Positions 11,901 to 24,821 of a stretch of 64,000 bases of DNA are shown piece after piece. Source of the stretch: Flectonema sp. DT1601 (lineage: Eukaryota); the NCBI GenBank assembly GCA_964019425.1, contig OZ025798.1:124001-188000 (forward strand). Reading direction: 5' to 3'. Made by a program: the position numbers and the translations under genes. Every line of letters begins with the position of its first letter. The stretch's first letter is position 1. The notes under the pieces are model-generated. The model saw nothing but the letters and a program-made list of their open reading frames with translations, made no database searches and was not told where the DNA came from.

Positions 11901-14900
11901 GCCCTGCGCACCGGCGAGTTCACCGTCGCCGTCGACGCGTACTGAAGCTTGACCTTTCCGACTCCGTTCTCGATGTTGCTCTGCACTTCCGAGTTCGGAC
12001 GCACACGGAGCGCCTGCACCTGCAGAGATCCGAACGTGTACGTGATGCTATTGCGCCTCTCCAAAGGAGGGATGTTGTAGGTCGAGTGCAACTCCATGTC
12101 GCTGCTCACGAACGACGAACTCGCCTGCTCGAACGTCCACGTCTCCGGAGTCGAGTCCCGAGGAGTCGACAGGCTTCCCATCGTCACGATCGTCGCGTTC
12201 CTCGACGTCGCCGTGTCCACGGTCTTCACTCCTCCGACGGTGTTGTAGAAGGTCACCTCCACCTCGAACCCACCGCTACGGAACGTGTCGATGTTCGTGT
12301 AGTAGTGGTTCGCGCACGTCGAATCTCCAGCAGGGCACGCACTCTCTCCCCCGGATACAGAGGTCACTTCCACAGTCTGCACCACTGCCGGTGCGTCCGC
12401 TCTTTGCAGGCTGATGTGCGCGTCGCACGAGTAGCTCCTCGTCGAGATTGGGCGGGAACCGGCTCCTCCGCTCGCCGCATACACGTTTCCGACAGAGCGG
12501 AACGTGATCACCATCACCTCAGGAACCCCCGTCGCAGGCGCAGACGTTCCCTCGAAGTACAGGTAGTTAAACGTGGTCGCACCGTTCGGCGCCTTCAGGG
12601 CCGAGGTCAAGATCGAATCCCCTCCCACTCCGACGCTGATGATCGAACTTGCTGACTGCCTCAGAGCGTACGTCTTTCCGTTCGTGTTTGCGTTCCTAAC
12701 GTCAGCCGCAGTGTCCACGAACACCCTCCACCTTGGGTACGAAACTGGGTTCGTTGTGTCCTTCGCGTTTGCCTGCACCGACACCGAGAACGCATTCGAC
12801 ACCATCGCCTCCCCCTCAGTCATTGCCACAAACCCGACAGTCAACGCCTGCGTTTCCGAAGGCGTGCAGTCCAGGGAGATAGGCTCGTATGTCCATGAAA
12901 GCTCCTTGACTCCGTGACGCTGAGAAACGATCGCCTGGTGAGACTCCGGACCCGCCCCCCAAGTTGAGTGGAAGGTGAACTCGCAGTTGTAGCACGGCTT
13001 TGATGGGACCATCTTCCACCTCGCGCCCCACCGCCTCGCCGCTCCGCTAATCTCCTTCGTCGGGTACTTGTACACGTCGCAGTGTCTGTTGATGCTCGTC
13101 GTCGTGAACTCGTCGTTTGAAGTGCTCGCCGTGTCGTATGCGCAGATGTCGAACGCGGAACGCCCAGACACCTCTCCCCAATCCGCGAGCATCGACACTC
13201 CGTCACGGTTCGTCGCCCCGCTCGCCGGTGCCGGGCCGTTCAAAAGCGCGAAGATGTCCCCGTAGTGGAACTCATCGTACACGAAGTGCGCGGCCATTTG
13301 CGTTCCCGGAAGCGCCGTCACCAAGATCCCTTCCCTCACAGTGTTTGAATTCGTGTCCGTCGTGATCTGCAAAGTCGACGCCGGAACGCGCACCGGCGTC
13401 ACCATCGACACCTGCAAATCAGTCGATCCCGAGCGCTGAAGTGTGAACTCCAACTCGCAACCCCCCGCCGACGTGAACCTCGAGCACTCGTTGTCGTTCA
13501 CGTACACGCGGAAGTCAACGTAGTAGGAAGTGGCAGCGCTGTACTTCGGAACCGGATCCACCAGGGCCGACGTCGCAGACGGGCTCGTCAGGTAGTTGTC
13601 CATTCCACTCGTCACTCCCCGAACCGCGTTCTCCGATCCCGCCAGGTCGAACCTCGCAGTCAGCCTCCATCCGGTCATCGCGAGCGGCGTCCTCGGGATC
13701 GCTGCTCCTGAGGCATCGGTCAGCGTGTAGTACATCCTGTAAGGGGTCAACGCGTCGAGGTATGATCCCGCACTCGCCGTGAACACGGTCGCCCCGGTGT
13801 TCTGCTTGAAGCCCGGGGAAGGCATCCGGGACCCCGTCAGTCCGTAGGACACGTCCAGCGGCGCGATCGAGGTCACCGCGAACGTCGTCGGCATCCGGCG
13901 CGCAACACGCAACACCACACGAGTCCAGCTTCCGAAGTCTGTTCCGTACGTGATGTTCAAGAACACGTGCTTTTCGGTGAACTGTTGGTTCAGCCTTGGA
14001 GTGAACGTCCACGAGAACCATCCTCCCTGCACCCAAGGCACAGGGTTCGACAGCCTCGGTCGGGTCTCCAACGTCGCCGACACCGCCTGCGTCACCTCCG
14101 CCGGAACCACGTCCGAGTCTGTGTTCGTTGGGTAGTCTCCATCCGAGTAGTGTATCCCGATCGTCCCGTTCGGCGCAAACTCAGGTCCCATCCACCTTGC
14201 CCGCAGGTTCAGCGTGCACGACTCCTCGCTCCAACACGTCTTCAGGTAGCAAAGCGTCTGCTCAGCCGCGCACCCGACCTGTGAAGCCGAAGTTCCCACC
14301 CGCGCGCTCTCCACCTCCAAGTCGTCGATCGTCAGCGAAGTAGTGTGACGCGGCTGGATGTTCACCCACTGCGCCGGAGACGTCCACGCGTCGCCGTTCG
14401 CCATGAAACGCACACCGCACCCGAACTCGTTCGGTGGGCACGCTGAACGGTACTGCAGCTCGAACGTCGCCACTCCGTTCACCATCGACTGCCTCAACCC
14501 GTTCGACGGCCAACCGTACCGCGCCGCGTTCCCCATCGTGCACGCCCCCTGGTTCACTGCCAAGAACGGAACCAACTGCGGCGCCACGTCCTCCGGCTCA
14601 GTCCAAGCAGCATTGCACGCCAGACCCGAGAAGGTCGTCGTCGATGGGCAACGCTTCACGTCAATCGTGTACGATCCCTCGGGAACAGGCGACCCGTCCG
14701 CGGTAGCCGTGCGCACCACGTAGCGCACCGTCGAACCCGAAGTGAACAACACCGATCTCGAGAACTTCTCCGTTAACTCGTCCGTCACAGAAGCCACGGT
14801 CACCTGGTCCGCTCCGTACACCGACTCCAGCGTGGTAGTGTACTCGATGAACCTCCCGGTCTGCGCCACCAGCGTCGGCCTCTCGACGATCAGCCTGCTC

Positions 14901-17900
14901 GGAGCTCCCGTCGTGTCTCTCCAGAAACCGCTCCCGCCCCCAGAAGCACTCGTCCCGCGGTTGAACATCTGGTACACCACTCCCTTCTTCGTCACACGCT
15001 GTCCCACGTAGTCCGGGTCCACGTATCCGGCCAACGCTTCCCCGGCTTTGTACACACAGACCTTGTACTGTCCGCTCGCCCCATCGAACGCAGGCGGCAG
15101 CACGAACATCCTCGCCACGTCCGTGTCCCACGTGTTGCGCACGGTAGCCGTTACGTTCGACGCCCTCTGCAGGGTGAACCACTCGTCCTCCCCGATCGCC
15201 GATCCCCCTGGCGACTGCTGCGGTGCCGGACACACCTGCGTCGCGTTCACGATCGTGAGCAGGTCGAAAGGGTACCCGCCGTTGTTCTGCGAGCCGCAAC
15301 GCACTCCCTTTCCGTGTTCCGCGTCGTCCTCGTTCACCGCACACCAAGACGAAAGCGACACCTGCGCACCGTTCGCCGCTACATCCGACACCACTCGCGT
15401 ATCGAACGCGGTCAGGTTCGTCTTCGACGAGTCAACCTCCACCTCAAGGAACGATGGGTGCGCGTACAACCCGTATCCACGGGCAGTCCTCGACGGAAGC
15501 CACAGCCACGGCTTCGGCCTGCTCGCGATCGACGTGTGCTGCACGCGGTAGCACACCTTGAACTCTCCAGTCACGATCGGAATGTGCAGCGTCGCCTCCA
15601 TCCTCGTCGAAACCTCCGCCCCGAGAGTCGGGCACAGCGAAGACCTCCCGAAAGTTCCCGCTGCACAAGCCGCTCCGAAGTTGGCCGTCGAATCCACCGC
15701 AGGACCGTCGCAGTCGTCCTCGTCCACCGCCTCCCACTGCGAAACAGTTCCCCAAGTCGCCGACTTCGTTGGCAGCCTCGCCGCAGGCTTCTTCGACAGT
15801 ACCAACTTGAAGATGTTGCTCGCACCGACCTCTGTCACACCGGTTGTGTAAGAGTGGAAGTGGAACCCAATCTCCCTCCCCGTCGGCGTGCTCGACGCAG
15901 GGGCCGACACGAACTGCGTCGACGCCCCTGCAAACGCCACCGTCTCCGCCGCCGGCCCCGTGAACAGCGACGTCACCGGCCTCAGTGCCGTGTCCACGGT
16001 CCAAGAGTCCACCAGACCCGCCTCGGTGTAAAATGCAGAACGTTGCCCGCCCGCCCGTGGGTCCCTGATCACCAGCTGGTTCGCCACCCCGCTTCCCTGC
16101 GCAACCTCTACCCAACGGCGGTCGTCCACCCCTCCTCCGAACACGTGTGTCGCGAAAGTCGTCCTCACGCACACCTTGTACTCCACCCGCGCATCAGAAG
16201 CTACAGTCGGCAGCGCGATCTTCATCACCGCCACGTCGCTCGGCCCGTCCGCCGGTCCGAGGTTCGTCGTACCCTGCTGCCTGTTAGGCGTCAACACTCC
16301 GACGTCTGCCGACAACCCCCACATCATGTTATCCGCCGAACCGTCGCTGCAAGAGTCCGACACCAACACGACCTTCGCAGAGTCCTTCCCCGCGCTCGTG
16401 TCGTACGAGTCCAGGTTCTCCGACGAGGAACACGATCCCGCAGAGAAGCTGCATCGGATGAGGTTCACGTTGATCAACCCGTTGTTCGTCGGCTGGTTCC
16501 CCCCCGCCACGAACCAACGCAGCCCGTTGTCCTTCACCGAGTAAGTTCCCGGGTTCCACCACGAATTCGTGTGGTTCGCCGCGTCTAATCCAATCTGCAT
16601 GCAAAGATGGTAATCTCCCTCCTCCTGCGGGGTCGTCATGAAGAACGTCAACGACGAAGACGAGTCCACCCTGTACACCTTCGTCGATCCCACGAACGGA
16701 GAAGCCTCCGTCGATCCAGGAGCTCCCAGACAGTTGTTGTTGGCCAGCGCCGCGCTCGCCTTCACCAGCTTCGCGTGGAAAGTGATCCCCGCCGCCGCAG
16801 TCTCGTCCGGAACTGCCACGGTGTACTTCTGCAGCTCTCCTCCCAACAGCGTCGATCCTGCCGCAGGCGCGACCGTCATCGTGTGCCTCGGGATCACCTC
16901 CCACTCATACGGAGTCTCCAGAATCAGCCAGTTTGCTGATCCAGCCTGCTTGTAGCAAACCTTGTACTGGTTGAACACCAGTCCATCGCTTCCGACGTAC
17001 TGCGGGTTGTACGCAGGCAGCTTCAACAGCGACGCCACCGACCTCGTGTTCGACAGCGAGTAGTCTCCCGGCACCACGTCGTCGAACAAGTCCGCCTCGT
17101 TCACCAACGCCGCTCCCAACAGCGTCCTGTCCGCCGACGCCGCCGAGCAGTCCTGCCCTCCGCAGTTCGCCATCGCGAACGGCGACAGGCTGCACGCCGC
17201 CACCGACGACAGACCTGACCTCGCAGTCGTTCCGGTCCCGGCCACCGGACAGTACACCGACACGTGCGTGTCTACCAGGTCCGCATTCCAGTTCGTTGGG
17301 TTGATGTTGCACACCGCGTCCCTCTGCACCAACCGCAGAACGTCTCCCGAGTTCTCGCACCCGACTGGGTTCGTGCACACTCCACGCGGACCCGCCGTCA
17401 GCTCTTCCCGCACGTCCGTCACCAAGAACAACGCGTCCATCCCGGATCGGCGCTCCACCACCGACAGCGTCGGCCTCGTCCAAGTCTCTGTCCTGAAAGC
17501 CGATGAGTCCCACTCGCCACGGCGTCTGAACCCTTCCGGCATCACGTTCGCCGGGTCGTTCACCGACTCCACCCCCTCCGTCGGCGTCAGCTCCCGCCAG
17601 TTGTACCCCCTCAGCCTGTAGCACACACGGTACGCGTCCGCCTTCGGCAGGTCCAAGTAAAACGCCACCGCCGTCGTCACCGCTGCATCTGCCGACGAAC
17701 CAGCGCATCCCCTTCCGGCCACTCCCGCGTTCGCGTTGTTGCATTCCACCAGTCCTCCGTTGAAGTTCTGTGCACCCGTCTCCGGCGTCTGCCTGAACCC
17801 AGGGAAGTCGCAAGGCTCGCTCCTCTTCACCAACCTCAAAGCGCTTCCCTGGGTGTCCTCGAACACCGTCTCCCCTGTCGCCCAATTCCTCGTTGCAAAG

Positions 17901-19867
17901 TCCCACGCACGCGAGTCCAGCTTCACCGGGTCCAACTGCCTCAGCATCTCCACCACCAGCGGACCGTGAGTCTCCTCTCTCGTATCGTTCATGTACCACG
18001 TCGTGAACGGGTTCCCCGCAGGCATGTAGTAGTCCGGCACCAGCGCCTCCGTATCGTTGTAAAGCCTCCCGATGAAGTTCTGCCACTTTGCCGGCGTCGA
18101 TCCCGTTCCCTCAAAGTGGAACGGCAGCACGCGCATACCCGAGTTCCTCGAAGACGTCAGACGGTAGCACACGAAGTACTTCGCCCCTTCTGAGTTCGGA
18201 ACGTAGATCCTCGAGTACGCCCCCGCCTGATCCTGCGCATCCCCATTCTCCGCAGGCACCGTCGGGTCCGCCATCAGGTTGTTCGACGCGCTCGGGTCCT
18301 GGTGTCCGTCCTCCGCGTACTGGTCGTCCCGACGGTCCCAGCATCCGGTCTTCGGGTTCGATCCCAACAGCATTCCGCCCGTGGCTCTCGCGCTTCCCGT
18401 CGCCTCTCCCAGACTCGCTGCCGGAATCAATCGGAAGTAATCTCCTCCCGCAGGCCACCAGTAGTTCCCCACGTCCCCGAAAGTCGAAGGCTCCGTGTTC
18501 AGCTTAGCCGCTCCAGAGTCGTCGAACACAATCTCTCCCCAGGTTCCCGGAGTCAGGTCCACCATCGACCACCCAACCCTCTCCGCCGCCACCGTGAAGT
18601 GCAGGTCGTTGTCGTTCGTAGGGCATCCCGCCGCATCGCTGGTGCATCGGTACAGCTTCCTCCACAACGGGATCACTCCGATAGTCCCCCCTAACCTCTT
18701 CACCCGAGTTCTCTCCTCCAATCCGGAAAAACACACGTCGTACTGCGCCCCCACCGTCGTCGGAAGGCGGACGTACGCGTAAGCGAACCCAGTCCTTTCC
18801 TCGTTGAAAACCGCGAAAGACGTCGCGTTTTCAAACTCGTTGTAGTTTCCGCTCGTGTCCCAGCTGTCGTACATTGGGTTGTGGAATTCCGTTCCGAACC
18901 GAGCCACTCCTCCGGCCGTCGCTCCCTCGCTGAATCCCGGATACGCCGTACTCGTCCATATTCCGTTGTCATTCATCAGGTTACTTCCCAGGTACCTCAG
19001 ATTCGTGTTCGCCGACTGGTACTCGTAAGTGCATGCCCTTCCCTTCGGAACAATCTTCAGGTGGTCTCCCACGCACAGCCCCATCGCCGCTGAGTTCGCC
19101 AGCGAGCATCCCGTGCTCGAGTACGTGAAGTTCGTCTCAGCAAAGCTCTGAAGTTGCAGGATCGCGTACTGTCCGGCCGTCGGATCCGGCACCCTGTACC
19201 ACGTCCTCGACTCAATCGACTGGAACGGCGTGGTCGACAACAGGTTCCACGTGTTCCGGTTCGGGTGCGGCACGTTCCCTCCCTGGAACTGGTAGCACAC
19301 GACGAACCTCGACGATGCCGGTGCCGCCGTGAACGTCGCGTACAGCACGTCCGTCAGCGTCCTCCCCGCAGATCGGTCTGCCTCGCTCACACCGAACACC
19401 GTCTCCGTCGACAGCGCCGCCCCGTTGCAAGCCGACGCCCCCACCGTCGTGCTCGACGTCGTCGCAACCACTTTCAGCTGGAACGTCTCCCTCGCGAGGT
19501 CGAAGATCAACGCCCTTTCGCCCCCCACAGTAAAAGTCGCCGCCACCCTCATTCTCACCTCCTGTCCCTCGAAGAACTCCGTAGGCGCCCAGTTGTTCTG
19601 GAACCGTGCTACCTGCGTCAGCGACAACGACAACGTCTCCGACTCAGAAAGCGTCAAAGTCTCGGAGAGGGAAATCGTCTTCGTCAAAGACTCACTGTCG
19701 GTGAGCGACACAGACGCAGTTGCGCTCTCCGACAAGGTTGCGGTTGCGGTCTCCGAAAAGGTTGCGGTCCTTGTCGGCAGGGTACTCGTCTCGGTTGCGG
19801 TCCCCAGCGTAAACGTAGATGTAGGCGTACCCGCCATCGCCGTAAGCAGCGTCAAGACTCCCAACAT
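5936..19867 (-). CDS. Giant (~4,500 aa) secreted, probably GPI-anchored, repeat-rich surface protein. Main exon 19867-6559, terminal exon 6174-5936, optional exon 6459-6286.
   Basis: 4464-aa ORF with a hydrophobic N-terminus and an S/T-rich segment. A GTATGT donor at 6558 (phase 1) joins in frame to an aaaacag acceptor at 6175. This gives VGARDTPSPTPVPTAQPPTTPIPTTATPPATTAPPTTEQPVTTPNPD...KLLAVFCSLLAIVVAAL*, a mucin-like stalk with a hydrophobic tail. Confidence 0.88.
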
Positions 19868-20929
19868 CTTTCCGAGTTAAAGGGAAGATGTGTGCTCTTT
19901 TTATAACTTTGTTATTTGTTTTTGTGTTTTGCGGAGTCTCTTTTTTTTGTTTCCTTTTACAGTACGCAAATCTTCTCAGAAGTGTACCGAATGTAAAAAA
20001 GAATTCGAACCTGGAGGAGAAAATAGTTTCAATAATAATAAAAAACAACAACAACAACAACAACAACATGAACGTAATAAATAAATAAAAAACAACTCAC
20101 ATCATGTTGTCACATCTGTAGAGAAACAATGAGTATCAGTCCATATCATATTTTCTGACAGACAACTAATCCGAAGCAAAGCCCTCGGCTGAGGGAGTTG
20201 GCAACAAAGGAAGGAAGCAAAAAGGGAACGGGAACAAGCAGGGGATGGCGGGAAGTACGGGGGTTGTCATGACCTCTCGTGTGGTAAGTAATCCATTGAA
20301 ATGACAGATCACTAAACGAAAATTATTACTTGAAGTAAATGTTCATAACATGACCGAGGAAAACATGAAATGTAGAGAGAAAGCGTCGAATCCGATAATA
20401 AGGCAAAATCGTGGTCGAATTCGTTCTTCGAAGCTTCCTCAGACGGCATCGTTAACACGTGAAGAAGTGCAGAGGGTACTAATACTAACCCTGAAACTAA
20501 ATTCAAGATTATAGGTTCAGAGAGTGAATGTTCGACAATTGTTAAGTTAGGTATTAGTACAAAATTAACATCGTCGAGTGCTTGACTAAAAAGGATATTT
20601 GTAATTGTTCCTCAGAGAGTACATTGGTAAACATTAAAGGAATGGCAAAACGTCCTTTTCCAAAAGATGAACATCACCCAACTTCATTTATAAATTAATT
20701 TCCTGAAAAATAGAAAAAAATAATAACAACGTGTTCTGACTCTGTGTAACTAAAAAATTAATAACAATTTTTTGCAGCAGAACTCGTAAGAGAAAAGCCG
20801 ATATAAAAAAATAAATAAAAATAAAAAATAATAAGAAATACTATCTCACCATCTATTTGGTCAGAGAATAATTATACAGCGCACACAACAAATCAGATTG
20901 GTGGTGTTTTTATGATTTGGGTTCGAACA

Positions 20930-23900
20930 TTATTTTGTTTTTTTAGACTTCACCGGTGGTGACTGCCTGACTTTTCCTGCCTTGTTTGCCCTGCCACTCC
21001 TGACTGCTTCCATCAGTTGGATAGCGTAGTCGTGGACAGCTCTCACCCAACGCGCTGTTTGCTCCACTTCTGGGTACTCCTTTCGCAGGGTTTCAGGTCT
21101 GTTTGTGATTTGTATAAATAAGTGAAAAAACAAATTAGCAAACAACATACTTCGTACGCTTCGTACTACAAAAAGAATGAAGGCGTCGCTTCACGCCGGT
21201 TTCATCGGGGAGATCATCTTTTTTTGTGCAATCGATAGTCCAATTTAGAATTCTGTCAGAGAGGGCCTTTGGTCCTTTGTTGTGAGCGAGTGTGTCGAGT
21301 GTGTCTTCAACAACAGCACACTCACGTCCTTCAGGGTCTAATATATAACGAAGAGCTTCAACAACTTCTTTAATTATAAATGGAACACGAGGTGAGTTTG
21401 CGAGTAGAAACAAAGGTTCGTAATCTAGATCTTCTGCGGAGTCCACAAGCTCTGCACGCGAGCGTGTCAAATTAGAAGGATGTTCCATTGCATAGACCGA
21501 CTTAGAAACTCGAAGTATCCTTCGCGATGTTCTTTTTGAATCACGTTCTGCTAAGTAAATAACATCTTTTATACAACAAGATCCATAAAATGTTTTTAAA
21601 GAGAGACACACTACACCAGCTTCGACTTCAGCTACTAGCTCATCAGCCTTCTCATCAGCGTTTGTAAGAGCATCCCTGACAGCTGTTTGGTATCGAGTGG
21701 TGAGTTCTTCGTCACTAAAACTGTCCGTCACGACTAACTCAGCCATCGGTAGAGTGTGTTCAGTCTCAGCAGGGTAAGCGGATATTGCTGACATAGGCAT
21801 TCCAAATGTCGCATTGTCGATGTGGAATATAAATGCTTTCCCAATTGTAATTGTCGAATTCGCAGCCGTACCATCAATATAAGAAATAGCTACTTCTCTA
21901 TCAATCGCACAAGATGAGAATGCCGGCCACATAATTGTCGAGCCAGGAGCTATCTTCATAAAATGATTAAAAGCGTCACCTGACTGACCACCAAATCCCC
22001 TAAAGATTCTCTGAGCTGTTTTTTGCTTCGCCGACAGTGTTGCCATTAACGCAGTTGTGTATTTACACCATTTTCTTATTAACATCGCGGCCTTGGGATT
22101 CTTTTCTCCATTTGAACCTTCTTGACGAAGAGCCCAGTTGATGTCACCAAATATCGCACCATTTCTTGTTCTGTTTTCCGAATTATGATCTTCAGTATGG
22201 TGATCTGAACAGTATTGCTTCCATTGTTTATTCTTTTCATTGTAGTCGGGTGTTGTATTATCATCTGGGTAAGGAGGTACTGTAAACCCCATTAATGAAT
22301 CAATATTAGTACCGTGTGCAGTGTACAGCCACATCATAACCACATCCACCACATGTAAGTCAGGAAATTGCGATTTTACTTTCTCATACATTAGCTTACC
22401 CATTATTGATAACCTCTGAAGAGCTTCTCTTTTGTGTTCAGCTGATCCTCGTGGGTGTGGAGAGCGCAGGTTACTTATCAACTCATCAATGACGTCGCCT
22501 TTCTTAGAAAGATATTCCTCTCGTAATTTTAAACAAAGATTTGTACAGCTTTGCTCTGTTGGGGATTCTGATGGTCGGAATTCAGGAGTCCATCTATTTG
22601 GACAACTTCCTTTATATTTAGAAGATGATAAGTTATCGAGTGACTTCAACTCAGTTGGTGTTAAGAACTCTCCGTCATCTCCAGAGGAGACAGAACTGTC
22701 GTCATCTGAATGTTGTTTATCGCGAGAGTCATCAGCTTCTCCGCGAACTGCGATGGCTAACTGAGCTAGCCACTCTCCAGCAATTCTCGCTTCAGCTATT
22801 GCTTGAGAACGAAACAATTGAACTGACTCATTCATACTTGAGGAACTTACAACTTCACAATGAATCATCGATGGTGTGGATTCTGATGTTGACGGCGTTA
22901 CATTCGTAACTTTCAGAATGCTGCACAATGGTAACATCAATTCCTCTTCATCAGGATACTGACTGACACCTGAAGTTAGTAATCCTTCCTTTGTCGATAT
23001 TATAAATACCGAGTTCTCAGAAGGCTGGTCACCCATTCCTGCAAACATATCTCCGACTGCATGTGAAACTGATGCTTCTGTTGGGGCAACAAGGCCAAAG
23101 AAGGACCCTTTTGAAAGACTTGTAATCTCTTCAATTGGACTCATCAAACCTTTGAAACATTTGGTTACTTGTAATCCATCAGTGAGTCCCATTAGGATTC
23201 CAATTACTTTAATCCACTTTGAAGCAACTTGTCGAACTGATGGACAAGACGGATCGCTGTAAAGTTGTTGGCAGATGTCGAGGATTGACTCACGAAGAGA
23301 AGCATTACGAGGAGTGTAAGTCGACCAAGTGTCGCGAACACTTTGAAAGTCAGCTCTGTACGGAGGAGGAGCATCTGTAAAAGTTAAGAATCTATCAATA
23401 TCAGGAGCATCCATCGTATAAAGAGATATTACAATTATTTCTAATAATCCCATCCCACCTACTGAGTCTGAGTACAGGTCCGCCATGTGATTAGCCAACT
23501 CAGCAATTAGAACTTTCGCATCCGTCTTTGGAATCGGAAATGTTAAATTTGTAACCAACTCATCAAGTGGTCCTCCATCTTTATCATTCCATATTTCAAT
23601 AATAGCCTCAGCGTATGATTTGAATCCATTAGTAAGTGAACTCATAGTGCCGAGATCAGTCATTACAAAACTGCTTGCGAGACCCTTTCGAGCACAAAGA
23701 CCACCAGAACGAGTCTTTCTCATTGAACTGATAATTGCTTCTTTTTGTTTAGCACTAAAAGATGCAGTCTTTGTTGCTTCAGCTACTGGGTCTCCTAAGA
23801 TTACTGTTCGATGTGGTTGTGGTGGTATTGGAAAAGATCCAACGCTTCCTCCGATTCCAAACCCTCCGTCGAAAGGTTTATTTCTACGAGACCGCGCATC

Positions 23901-23999
23901 TTTATATATTCCTAAGTATGCTTGTTGGACTGCTTCTTGTTCTTCTAGTCTCCGTTGTTCTTCTTCTTCAGGGGATAACTTCTTCTCTCGCTTCCCCAT
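20930..23999 (-). CDS. Protein with two ADP-ribosyltransferase (R-S-E class ART)-like domains; intron 21150-21099
   Basis: The second domain reads RIFRGF...WPAFSSCAIDREVA...SAYPAETEHTLP (R, S-x-S-like, E-x-E). The first is degenerate: KCFKGL...SQYPDEEELMLP. A 52-nt GTATGT..ACAG intron restores frame into ...KPETLRKEYPEV...KKTK*. Confidence 0.75.
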
Positions 24000-24821
24000 T
24001 TATAGTGTAAGTGTAAATTTCAAATGGCTTTGTGCCCTTTGAGAAAAGTAAAGGTGATGAATTTATTTAATTAAAAAACATTCACATTCTCTCAAGAATC
24101 TCATAGTAGTTAATCTGTGTTAAATAAAGCTTTACACACAAGCCTTACACTACACGGACAGAGTGGGAACATGGGTGGGATGAAGCAGTCGTATGCATTA
24201 GTATTGTAACTTTGCATTAGAAAAGAGATCCACATGGGTAGATAATGGATTCCCTATCTCATCAGATGTGACGTTTTTCAATTGTCGTTTTTTTTCTTCT
24301 TTTTCCATTTGGTTTTTTTTTTTTTTTGTTTTCATTTTTCTTCTCAACAAATACTTCCTTGTTGACGAAGAGTTCAACAAAAGGTTATCGACGTTCAGCT
24401 TTTTGGATTCACTCTCCCCGTGCCTGCTGAATGTAATTCACAGCTACGATTATAATTTTTTTTTTTTTTTTTTTTTTCCATTCACACGATTTCCACTAAC
24501 ATATAACACAAGCAAATGATACGATATAGACACGCAAGTTAGGGTTTCATAAATGGTCTGTCATGTTTCTGATCTTGACTACCGGCAGAAAAGACGTCAG
24601 AGACAACAGCCCAGTCGTAAATAAGAAGTGAAATCAAATGCACTGTAAGAGCAGAAAGCAAGGCAAGTGGGAGAGGCAAAATCTTTGCTGGGGTATTGCA
24701 CATGTTAGAAACGTCGAATTTGAGGCATCGAAAGCCCCCTTTTTCAATAAGCAGAAAGACTGCTTCAGATCCGCAAATCTGCGTCTTGATTGGTGTCGCG
24801 AATGATGTGTTTTAAAGATGA

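Larger units (their letters stand above)
1..20388. repeat. Tandem segmental duplication, period ~15.58 kb (1-4816 = 15579-20388)
   Basis: The copies are near-identical. Visible differences are a few SNPs (e.g. 4242 c vs 19820 t) and two fewer CAA units in the second copy. Identity stops after ...gagaaagcgtcg (4816/20388). Confidence 0.95.

Noticed and set aside
4..19906. Many long overlapping ORFs (e.g. 777 aa at 7742-10075) on other frames of the giant gene
   Set aside because: These are Arg/His/Val-rich shadow ORFs, expected from GC-rich, codon-biased coding DNA on the opposite strand.
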